DNA of 64,000 bases, taken from contig NW_027362916.1 in NCBI RefSeq assembly GCF_046119375.1, forward strand, positions 1 through 64,000. Reading direction: 5' to 3'. Each line of letters starts with the position of its first letter. The first letter of the stretch is position 1. The stretch is from Phyllobates terribilis (lineage: Eukaryota). Below are positions 50,057 through 60,839 of this stretch, piece by piece. A program made the translations under genes and the position numbers. The notes below the pieces were generated by a model that was given only the letters and a program-made list of their open reading frames with translations, made no database searches and was not told where the DNA came from.

Positions 50057-51034
50057 TTAGGCTGAGTTTCGGAGGAGCACCAGGGTGGCAGAAACGGAAG
50101 CATTAAGCAGGCTGTCATAGTAAACCGTCAGTGATCGTGTCAGAGATCGCAGATGGAAGCTGGCATTCCATTTAAATGGCGATTGTCAGAGATTGACAGC
50201 AGAAGTTAAATGGTTAACAGCAGCTGCTGGAGCTCATTACTGGCTGTTAGAAACAGATATTTAATATATTCCATATCTCCGTGTAGAGAGAGCCCAGCTC
50301 CTGACCCCATTCCACATGCCGTCATCCCTGCAATCATGTACATGTATGTGATGTTGTGTTACGGGATAAAATGGAGCTTCATTCAAATTATTAAATTGGA
50401 ATAGCGATTTCCAGCTCACACATAAAGCCCAGTATGAGCCAGGAAGTCACATAACTCGAAAGACAACCAGAGCCATGCTGAAAACCCGGGGAAGATGTCA
50501 TTTGGTGAGATATGCAATAAAAAAAATAATGGGAGTGCTTGTTGAAGGAAGCTGCTAAAATAATATTTATGTCTCTGTATAGATTTACAACGTAAATGAA
50601 GTTGGTGTACTTATTTGCTGTGCCTCAGCATGAAATAGACTTAAAGTAGCCATGTGAATAAACCCTTATGTGAGTTCACAAATATTATGTATTTTAATTA
50701 TTTTTTTTTTAAAAGGTACAACGCAGTAGCAGTCACCTACAACACAGGAAATCATTTTGTGTGTTTCCACTGCATGGATGATAATCGGGAGTGGAAGTAT
50801 TATAATGGAATAGCTGAACACTTCCACCCAGGTGACGGCGTAAAACTTGTGACTCCAGAATTCTTGAAAACTGTTTTTAAAACCTGGCATTACACCCGGA
50901 CATATTATTTTTGTGAGGCAAAATGGCGATAAACTCGATAACTAAGAAGAAATATTAGTTTGTTAAAATAAAAGTTCTCTGCACATGTGGTTGTTGTTTT
51001 ATTCACAAAATTATCATAACTTTGTATTTAGATT

Positions 51035-51300
51035 TGAGAGTCCTCAGTGGTTGATACCTTTAATGGCTAACTGAAAAGATGGTAACAAATTGCAGCTTTC
51101 TAGACTACTCAGGTCTCTTCATCAGGCTAGTATACCACAAAATCTGAAGAGTCACATATGTATACACAATAGGACACAGAAATAATGCAATAGATGAGAC
51201 AGGTGATGAAAAGCAGAACTATCAGTATAGGAGAAGAGATAAACAGCCATGGCTGTAAATATTGGAGCAGTTCATAGATAAGAAGTGTGAAAGTTTTATT
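51035..51300 (-). mobile_element. Penelope-like element 3' terminal repeat with hammerhead-like core
   Basis: Minus strand CCTGATGAAGAGACCTGAGTAGTCTAGAAAGCTGCAATTTG..GTTAGCCATTAAAGGTATCAA resembles frog PLE ends (recalled, not searched). Confidence 0.6.
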
Positions 51301-51309
51301 GTCCTGTGA

Positions 51310-52503
51310 TGCCCATTTTGATGCCCAGAACCCATTTGGGCCAGGCTGGAGTGACCTGAATTTGATGTGGGCCATCACTATGTATGTAGTGGTGGTGTGA
51401 GATTAGTGGCCCAAAGTCATTTAACCCCTGAAAAACACCAGTTACTTATTCAAATCTGTGAAAAGTGGCTATTTGCCAGCTTTGATGGCCATTTTGATGA
51501 TCAGAACCCTTTTGGGCCAGGCTGGAGTGACCTGAATTTGATGTGGGCCATCATACTGTTTGTAGTGGCGGTGTGAGATCAGTATCTCAAAGTAATTTAA
51601 CCCCTGAAAAACACCAGTTACTTATTTGAATCTGTGAAAAGTGGCTATTTGCCCGCTTTAGTGGCCATTTTGATGCCCAGATCCCATTTGAGCCAGTCTG
51701 GAGTGACCTAGTTTTGATGTGGGCCATCACTATGTATGAAATACTGGTATGAGATCAGTGGCCCAAAGTCATTTAACCCCTGAAAAACACCAGTTACTTA
51801 TTCAAATCTGTGAAAAGTGGCTATTTGCCAGCTTTCATGCCCATTTTGATGCCCAGAATCCATTTAGACCAGGCTGGAGGAAAATGAATTTGATGCGGGC
51901 CATTACTACATATGTAGTGGTGGTGTGAGATCAGTGGCTCAACGTCATTTAACCCCTGAAAAACACCAGTTACTTATTCAAATGTGTGAAAAGTGGCTAT
52001 TTGCCTGCTTTGATGCCCATTTTAATGCCCAGAGCCCATTTGGGCCAAGCTGGAGTGGCCTTATTTTGATGTGGGCCATCACTATGTATGAAATACTAGT
52101 ATGAGATCAGTGGCCCAAAGTCATTTAACTAATGAAAAACACCAGTTACTTATTCAAATCTGTGAAAAGTGGCAAATTGACAGCTTTGATGCCCATTTTG
52201 ATGCCCAGAACCCATTTGGGCCAGGCTGGAGGAAAATGAATTTGATGCGGGCCATTACTACATAAGTAGTGGCAGTGTGAGATCAGTGGCTCAACATCAT
52301 TTAACCCCTGAAAAACACCAGTTACTTATTCAAATGTGTGAAAAGTGGCTATTTGCCTGCTTTGATGCCCATTTTAATGCCCAGAGCCCATTTGGGCCAG
52401 GCTGGAGTGGCCTTATTTTTTTAATGTGGGCCATCACTATGTATGAAATACTAGTATGAGATCAATGGCCCAAAGTCATTTAACTAATGAAAAACACCAG
52501 TTA
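51310..52503. repeat. ~176-bp satellite, about 7 copies
   Basis: AAAACACCAGTTA recurs at ~51433, 51608, 51783, 51960, 52136, 52312, 52491; the array ends at the Gypsy LTR. Confidence 0.9.
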
Positions 52504-52696
52504 TGTAGCATCGGCGTCTCTGCCTCCTGCTAGGCAGAGACGCCTCCCTCTCACCTTCCTGTTCAGCGTGCGGCGTCCTCCTGCGCTCCTTCCCTCGCTG
52601 CTGCCGGCGCGCGCTCCTTCCCGGGCACTGTGCTTAGGGCGCGCGCGCTCCCCCTCTCTTGAAGGGGCCGCGCGCGTCGTCCTAAGGAGTCCCCGG

Positions 52697-52759
52697 CCAA
52701 TTGCCGGAGGACTTCCCATATATAAGGCACCTCCTCCAAAATGGAGGTGCCCGAGCAAA
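52697..52759 (+). promoter_or_regulatory. LTR promoter: CCAAT (~52697), TATA (52719-52725), predicted TSS at ~52749
   Basis: GGCCAATT, TATATAA and a 9-bp stem GGCACCTCC/GGAGGTGCC; GCCCGAGCAAA starts 30 nt after the TATA. Confidence 0.7.
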
Positions 52760-53584
52760 GTTGTTTGCACTGTGTCTCACCTGTGCTTCAGCCCTCAGGT
52801 TCCGCTGCTAGCCTGACTCCTCGTCCAGCCTGCCAGCCTGTTACCTGCCTTGTCTGTCAGACCGCTCACCTGGGAGCGTCCACCAGTTACCTGCCTGTTA
52901 CCTGCCTCGTCTGTCAGACCGCTCACCTGGGAGCGTCCACCAGTTACCTGACTGTTCCTGCCTCGTCTGTCAGACCGCTCACCTGGGATCATCCACCAGT
53001 TACCTGACTGTTACCTGCCTCGTCTGTCAGACCGCTCACCTGGGAGCGCCCGCCAGTTACCTGCCTGTTACCTGCCTCGTCTGTCTGCCCGCTCACCTGG
53101 GAGCACCCGCCTGTTACCTGCTGTGTCCGTCAGCCTGCTCACCTGGGAGTGCCCACCAGTTACCTGCCAGATGCCCGCCTCGTCTGTCTGCCCGCTCACC
53201 TGGGAGCACCTGCCTGTTTCCTGCCAGCCTGCCTGGAGACCCTGCCGTCACTTGCTGTGACCATCTTCCTGGTAAACCTAAAGACTGTTACCTGCCCTGC
53301 TTTCTCGAACTGTGACCACCTGCCAGCTACCAGAGACTTCCGCCTGCTTGCCGTGTCCATCCGCCATACTGGCCAGTCCCAGCCATCTGACCGGTGGGAG
53401 CCACCTGCTCTCTTACAAGGTCGTCCCCAGAGTAGCACCTGGTCCCTCAGCCCGGATCATCCCTGGTCACGGTGTCGTTAGCTGCCGTACGACCAGGGTC
53501 GGTTCGGGTGGATACTTAGTCACGCCCCTCTGGGTCCCTACTTGCACCTCGGCACAGAGGTTCCACCACCCGGCCCCGTAACAG

Positions 53585-53595
53585 TTTGCTCGGGC
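53585..53595 (+). promoter_or_regulatory. Self-priming PBS (non-tRNA)
   Basis: TTTGCTCGGGC lies 1 nt after the LTR end and is the exact reverse complement of 52749-52759. Confidence 0.8.
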
Positions 53596-53596
53596 C

Positions 53597-54553
53597 ATGG
53601 AACCCGGTGGCACCCAAGCTCCCTCGCTCTCTGACCTATACCAGGAAGTCTCCCGTCAGAGATCCCAGCAGGAGTCCATCCTGAACCATCTGCGGAATGT
53701 CCACTCCCGCCTGGACACACTGACTGCTCCACCTACAACCACCGCTAGTTGCACGACTCGCACCCCGGCAGCGCCGCTGCCCATCAATACCATGGCATCC
53801 TGCTCTGGACTCCGGCTTTCTGCACCTCCTCGTTTCGGAGGTGACCCCGCTCAAGCTCGGGGCTTCATAAACCAGTGCACCCTGCACTTTGAACTCTTGG
53901 CACATCACTTTACCACCGACCGGGCCAAAGTGGCTTTCATAATGTCCCATCTCACTGGACAGGCACTGGCTTGGCTAAATCCCCTGTGGGAGAGAGGGGA
54001 TCCCCTAGTATCCAACTTGTCAGCTTTCCTCACTGCTTTCCGGAAAGTCTTCAATGATCCGGGATGAAAGACCTCGTCAGCCTCCTCTCTGCTACGTCTC
54101 CGCCAAGGGAGTCTCACCGTAGGCCAATATGCCATACGGTTCCGTACCCTCGCTTCTGAACTTGCCTGGGATAACGAGGCCCTGCTGTCCGTCTTCTGGG
54201 AGGGTCTTTCCATTCGGATTAAAGTAGAACTTGCCGGTCGGGACATCCCTCCCACCCTGGACGACCTAGTGTCACTTGCTACCCGGATTGACATCCGGTT
54301 CCAGGAACGTACCAAGGAAACCACCCGTGAGAGAAGGTTTCCCCGCCTTGCTCCTAACTTCCAGAGACCTGTCTCTTCTTCAGTCACTCCCCGGGCGCAC
54401 TCACCCGAGCCCATGCAGGTCGACCAGACCAAGTTGGTCAAATCCCACCAGGAGTCACGCCGGGCCTAGGGGAGCTGTTTCTATTGTGGCAGCAAGGAGC
54501 ACCTGATTCGTTCCTGCCCGGAGAGGCCGGGAAACGCCGGTGTCTAGGATCGC
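53597..54553 (+). pseudogene. Gag (retrotransposon gag, CCHC knuckle) with two in-frame stops
   Basis: PPRFGGDPAQARGFINQC..KVAFIMSHLTGQALAW..LRQGSLTVGQYAIRFRTLA..CFYCGSKEHLIRSC; TGA at 54065-54067 and TAG at 54467-54469. Confidence 0.9.
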
Positions 54554-57500
54554 TCGGAGAGGTCGTCCTAGACAAAAGTAAGTCCTCTCCCTCCCTGACT
54601 TTGTCTGTCTCTCTCTCCTGGGGAGAGGATCGGCACTTTGAAAACGCTCACCTGGACTCTGGAGCGGCTGGGAACCTCATCTCCCAGTCCTTAGTTGAGA
54701 GATACCGTATTCCCACAAAGCTTCTCACTGAACATTTGTCAGTTGCCTCCGTGGATGGTAAACTCCTTCCAGTACCCATCCTGCTCGTCACTGAACCCTT
54801 AACTCTGCAGGTGGGAATGCTGCACTCTGAGAAGATCTCCTTCCATGTGCTATCTGGACTCTCTCACTCCCTGTTGCTAGGTCTACCTTGGCTCCAGACA
54901 CATGAACCCGTATTGAACTCGCGATCTGGCGAAGTACTCCGGTGGGGTCCAGACTGCCATAGGACCTGCCTGGTTCCGGTCCGCCCAGCTCGCCTTCCGC
55001 CTACTCCAGCTAATCTTCCCGGTCTCCCGGCTCCATACTGGCCCTATGCGGACGTCTTCGGTAAAAAGGAGTCAGAGACGTTGCCACCCCATAGGCCATA
55101 TGACTGCCCGATCGACCTGGTACCTGGTGCCACTCCTCCCCGTGGGCGTATCTACCCGTTGTCTGCGGCCGAAACCCGGGCCATGTCTGAATACATTGAG
55201 GAGAATCTGGCTAGGGGATTTATCCGAAAATCTACCCCCCCGGCTGGAGCCGGATTCTTCTTTGTCAAAAAGAAAGACGGCTCGCTACGTCCCTGTATTG
55301 ACTACAGAGGACTCAATCTAATCACTATAAAAAACAAATACCCCCTGCCGCTCATCTCCGAATTGTTTGACCTTCTCAAGGGCGCCAGGATCTTCTCCAA
55401 GCTGGATCTAAGAGGGGCATATAACTTGGTCCGTATCCGTCAAGGAGACGAGTGGAAGACAGCATTCAATACCCGGGACGGTCACTATGAGTACCTTGCG
55501 ATGCCCTTTGGTCTCTGTAACGCCCCCGCTGTCTTTCAAGAGCTGGTCAACGACATCTTCCGTGACCTCTTGTACTCCTGCGTAGTGGTTTACCTGGACG
55601 ATATCTTGGTCTTCTCTCCGGATCTCCCCACACACCGGAGGGATGTTCGTCAGGTCCTGCTTAGGCTCCGGCAGAACCACCTCTATGCCAAATACGAGAA
55701 GTGCCTCTTCGACCAGACCTCCCTTCCATTCTTGGGCTATGTTATCTCCCAGACAGGTCTACAAATGGATCCGGAGAAGCTCTCTTCTGTTCTAAAATGG
55801 CCCCGTCCAGAAGGTTTGAAGGCGATACAGCGATTCCTGGGCTTCGCTAATTACTATCGTCTTTTCATCCCACACTTCTCATCCCGGACTGCTCCCATAT
55901 CTGTGCTTACCCGTAAGGGGGCAAATCCCAAGGTATGGTCACCTGAAGCCGAGGAGGCCTTCCTTTCCTTAAAGAGAGCCTTCGCCTCTGCCCCCGTCCT
56001 GCATCGTCCGGACTATAATAAACAATTCTACCTGGAGGTTGATGCCTCCTCCTCCGGAGCCGGAGCGGTACTCACCCAAAAATCTTCTACCGGGAGAATG
56101 GTAACCTGCGGCTTCTTTTCCAAAATCTTCTCCTCGTCTGAGAGCAACTACTCCATAGGAGACCGTGATTTGCTAGCCATCAAATTGGCACTGGAGGAGT
56201 GGCGCTATCTGCTAGAAGGGGCTCTCTACCCGGTAATCATCTACACGGATCACAAAAACCTGGCATATCTCCAAAATGCCCAGAGACTCAATCCTCGCCA
56301 GGCCCGGTGGTCGTTGTTTTTTGCCCGTTTCGACTTCATTCTTCATTTCCGCCCAGCGGACAAGAACGTCAAAGCTGATGCCTTGTCCCGGTCCTCCCTG
56401 TCCTCCGATCTAGAGGAGGAGCCTACGCACATCATTGACTCCTCCAAGGTGATGAATGTGGCCCCCTTGGATCTGACTCGTCTTCCACCCGGTAAGACAT
56501 TTGTAGCAGTATCCGATCGGGAGAGGGTTCTTCGCTGGGGACATTTTTCTAAACTAGCTGGCCATGCTGGCCAAAAGAAGACCTTCCAGCTCATTTCCCG
56601 GCATTACTGGTGGGCCTACCTTGCGTAAGGACGTTGTAGACTTCGTCGCGGCCTGTTCATCCTGTGCCCGTAACAAAGTTCCCAGACATGTACCAGCTGG
56701 CCATCTCTTGCCCCTGCCCGTACCTGCTGCTCCATGGCAGCACATTGCTATGGACTTTATCACCGATCTTCCTGTTTCTGCCGGTTGTACAGTCATTTGG
56801 GTGGTCGTTGACCGCTTTTCTAGAATGGCCCACTTCATTCCCCTGCCTGGCCTCCCATCTGCACCCGAGCTGGCTAAAGACTTTATCCGCCATATCTTCC
56901 GTCTCCATGGCCTACCCCTCCACATCGTGTCGGATCGTGGGGTTCAGTTCACCTCACGCTTCAGGAGAGCCACATGTAAGCTGCTAGACGTCACCCTGGA
57001 TTTCTCCTCCGCTTACCACCCACAGTCCAATGGTCAAGTGGAGCGAATCAATCAGATCCTGACCAGCTACCTCCGGCACTTCGTTAATGCCCACCATTCG
57101 GATTGGGTGGATCTCCTACCATGGGCCGAGTTCTCTTATAATAATCATGAGAGCGAATCCTCTTCCCAATCCCCGTTCTTTATTGTCAATGGCCAGTACC
57201 CCCGGATTCCAGTTCCTGTCTCCGCTTCTGTGGACAACCCTGCCGCAGAGTCTCTTGTCAGCGAGTTTTCTACTATTTGGGAGAATACCAGGTCCGCTCT
57301 TCTTCTGTCCTCCGAGCGGATGAAGAGATATGCTGATAAGAGACGTCTGGATCCACCTCAATTCCGTCCGGGAGACAAGGTTTGGCTCTCTTCCAAATAT
57401 GTACGGCTCAAAGTACCCTCCTACAAGTTGGGCCCTCGGTTCATCGGACCCTTCGAAGTTCTCAGGCAAATTAACCTAGTGGCCTACAAATTAAAACTCC

Positions 57501-57597
57501 CAGCCACCCTACGCATTCCCAACTCCTTCCACGTATCCCTCCTCAAACCCATTGTCCTTAACACTTTTTCCGACAATCCAGGTACTCCTCCTACTCC
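54529..57597 (+). pseudogene. Pol (PR-RT-RH-IN) entered by -1 frameshift at GGGAAAC; one frameshift near 56615; cut by the ERV before the chromodomain
   Basis: ORFs 54484-56628 and 56564-57742; the last ~47 codons of the second ORF are ERV LTR read-through. Confidence 0.9.
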
Positions 57598-58115
57598 TGT
57601 CAGGGTAAAAGAGAATATATATATTTGTAACTTTTATACTTTTGTAACTTTTATACGCTTTTTTGCTAATGTACTAACCACCATTTTGTGTCATATAACA
57701 ATAAGCTTTCCTTGCTACGTAATTACTCAAATCGAAACTTAAACTAAGACATTTCCAGTGTTGCCAAGACATTTCAGAGAAATGAAACAAGATTATAAGC
57801 TGACGGCTGCAATTTCTGCCCAGAGACTGAGATAAGGAGATGTGGACCAATCAGGAGTGGCCAGACATTGGAATTTCATGGTTTACCCCGCCCCGGACAA
57901 CCCCTTTTCCCTCCCATTATGTAGTGTATTTAGATTTGTGCATGTAAAAATAAATTCAGAACAATGCTGAGGAGGTTGACTGTAGTAGTCTTCTGAGCAT
58001 GCTCTGAGCTTGAACCAGCTTGTTGCCTGACTCATTCTTTGAATGGTTGACCCATGCTCATAGTTTGAATTTGGAGTGACTGGAGGACGAGTGGAATGTC
58101 ATCACGACCCCCACA
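57598..58115 (+). mobile_element. ERV 5' LTR (518 bp)
   Basis: TGTCAGGG ... CCCCCACA; begins abruptly inside the Gypsy integrase tail and is followed by a tRNA PBS. Confidence 0.85.
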
Positions 58116-58117
58116 AA

Positions 58118-58135
58118 TGGCGCCCAACGTGGGGC
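58118..58135 (+). promoter_or_regulatory. Primer-binding site, tRNA-Lys1,2
   Basis: TGGCGCCCAACGTGGGGC, the canonical Lys1,2 PBS, 2 nt after the LTR. Confidence 0.92.
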
Positions 58136-58899
58136 GTGGCTAGCGGTACGCCGCCCTCCCGGACCCATATTGCTGACTTCCCTGGTGGTGACCGCGGTGG
58201 CTGAATTTGAGGCCTGATCAACCTCCATCGAACACGGTAAGTTGAGATGTATTTTATATGTCTCACTTGCCTGTGTGTCAGCCGCAGCGGTTTCTGTGGG
58301 GTTGTTAGGTTGGATCTGGGTGGGTGACCGGTCGAGTGGTGAGACCTTGGGCGTCCCGCACCACGTCCTGAACCAGCAAGTGTTAAACCGAGTGACGTCG
58401 CATGCCTGCGCGTGCTCGTGTGCACACCACCTCCTCCTCCCCCGGTCACTGTACTTTTCTTAGATAGCTGCCTCCCGTAACTGATAGTCGAAGTTTCAAA
58501 GCATTCCTGAATTGTAGTGTAAGGTGTTGTGCTGTAAGAATCTGTGACGAATTGAGAGGTGTACTCTTCGTCTAATACAGAGACTGCTGTTAAATCAAGG
58601 TTAGGAAACAGTGTATTGAGGTGTACTCTACACTGACGGGTGGTACCGTGGTAGGAAAGGAGATAGATTGAGAGGTGACTCTCTATCTCATCGGTGTATT
58701 GAGGGGTACTCTACACTGACGGGTGGTGCCGTAGTAGGAAGGAAGACGAATTGAGGTGTACTCTTCGTCTTATACAGAGAAACCTCATAAGGAGGGGTTC
58801 TGCTGTCAGGGTGCCGTGGTGAGTCGTACTGTAAAGTCGCCATTCAAAGTTAGGGAAGGGACAGATGGAGGCGTACTCTCTGTCTTAGTGTATTGAGGA

Positions 58900-60830
58900 G
58901 TACTCTACACTGATGAGTGGCGACCTGTCGGCTGCACCAGTGATCTGAGTCGCGACAGATCATTGCATTCTATAAGAAAATGTTGTGTATATTCAAATTT
59001 GAAAGATTTCGTAAGTTGCGGAATGCTGCTGTAGGAGTTAAGCCAATTAGTGGAGTTACGGGAAGGCAAGAAGGCAAGAAGAATGTTAGGAATTTGTAGA
59101 ACATGATAAGCTTATGAATGTGTTACACAAAAGTTGGGAAAGTTGGGTGAGGATTTCTGCAAGCACATCTTAGAGTAGATGATGCAGGGGGGGGACAGAG
59201 AATGCCGAGCCTTTGTTCGGATACATGAAAGCTGCAGAATGTGATGTGTTATGTGACCCTAAATTGGCCGTAACCCCGTTGATGCTTGTCACTACACCGA
59301 GCCTTCAGCCACCGCCCTATAATGGTGCCAACAACAAATCACCGGAGGGGTGGACGTGTCGGGTGTGTGGAGAGCAAAACCCACTCTGGGCGGGCCGCCC
59401 ATGGCACGATGCCCAGCCTGCCCCCAAGAACAATCCCACCCCCACTCCCACCTCCTCCCTCCAACGGCCATCTTACTACACCTTTTCCTGCCTCCAAGAA
59501 TAATCCCACTCCCACCTCCTCCCTCCCACGGCCATCTTGCTACACCTCTTACTTGTTGTGGGAGGCCCGGAAAGCCCCAATCCAGCCTATATCCACTACT
59601 AGATCCATCCGGTGCATATTACCAGCCACCAGCACAGGTGGAAAAGCCCGTAGTCCCAGAGTACCCATCTGAAGTTAATGTGACACCCTCTGCTCCAGTT
59701 CACGATGCTGAGACGCTTCCCCTGTTTCCTATGGGAGTCACCCACAACCCTGGGGATATCCTCCTCAACTCCCCAGAATTTCAGGCCAGACTGCTCTCCC
59801 TCCGTCAACATACTGTTACTCAAGACGATACGGAGCCAGATGAGGGATGGGCTCAAGATACCCCCCCCTTTACCCCATACGTCTCCTATGGCATCCTCCA
59901 CCCCACATTCATTACCCGTACTCCGGCCCTTGCTCCAAGCAACTGCTGAAAGAGCACCACCCCCCAGCCCCTCAGAAGTCTGGGACCCCTGCCGCTCCCG
60001 GAACCTAGTAGACCCATCAGGACGCCCTGTCACTCTGTCAATAGGCTATGGTGACATCCTTACACATCGGGTGGGGGCCATAGTCAACCCTGCAAACACC
60101 TGTATGAGCCATGTTGGAGGATTGGTTCGTAAAATTGCCCTTGCTGCTGGTTCTACTCTGGCTGCAGAATGCCAGGCTCACTTAGCCGAAAACGGAGAGC
60201 TTTCAAAAGGCCATGGATTCCACAAAAGCAGGATCCCTTAGTACGTATGAATCCGGCCTAGAATACATGAAACAGTTAAAAGCCTGGGCTCAGGATCGCT
60301 TGTCAGATCAAGCTGGGTCTGTACAAGATGTTCAACAAGACCCTGATGAATCTGTGGAAAGATATGCTGCAAGACTCAGCATGCATTTTGAGGATCTCGG
60401 ATACAGTTCTCACGTCAACACGCAGGCCGCCCTGTTGGTTCAGGCCCTAGTAGATGGCCTACAAGACGCTCTCAGAGATGAAGTCTTGAGAGTACGGCCC
60501 GAGATTCGTTCTTCTTCTTTCAACGACGCGGTGAACATCGTCAAAGCTTTCCAAAAATCAATGCTAAAAATGGAAAAGGATACTAAGCCAAAGAAGAAAG
60601 CCGCTCCTGCCATGATATATCAAGCTCAAGAAAGCTACCCACCCCTGGCAACCAACATGGAATCAAGTGGGTAATGGTTAAAGGCACAGGTGATGATACT
60701 CCTCCCACATATAGAAAACAAGACAGAAGAGATGACAAGGGATCATCTAGAAACAGAAGACAACCTCGTGATTCTGAAGGATGAATGTTATGTTGGGAGT
60801 GTGGTAGCCTTGACCACATCCTCAGAGACT
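58900..60830 (+). pseudogene. ERV gag, decayed: PPPY and PSAP late motifs, RanBP2-like Zn finger, partial macrodomain, capsid C-term, CCHC knuckle
   Basis: QPPPY (~59310); WTCRVCGEQN..ARCPAC; TPSAP (~59688); GDILTHRVGAIVNPAN..HVGGLVRKIALAAG (60050-60150); QDPDESVERYAARL; CWECGSLDHILRDC (~60790). Start position uncertain. Confidence 0.75.
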
Positions 60831-60839
60831 GTCACTTTA

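Larger units (their letters stand above)
52504..57597 (+). mobile_element. Sushi/Tf1-group (chromovirus-like) Gypsy LTR retrotransposon, interrupted at its 3' end by an ERV
   Basis: 5' LTR 52504-53583 (TGTAGC..GTAACA) with internal ~50-bp tandem repeats; gag ATG at 53597; pol has PR LDSGAAGN, RT YLDD, RNase H DAS, IN (HHCC, DFI, SDRG, VER). Confidence 0.93.

Noticed and set aside
57598-57742. Novel C-terminal extension of the Gypsy integrase
   Set aside because: Read-through into the ERV LTR after insertion.
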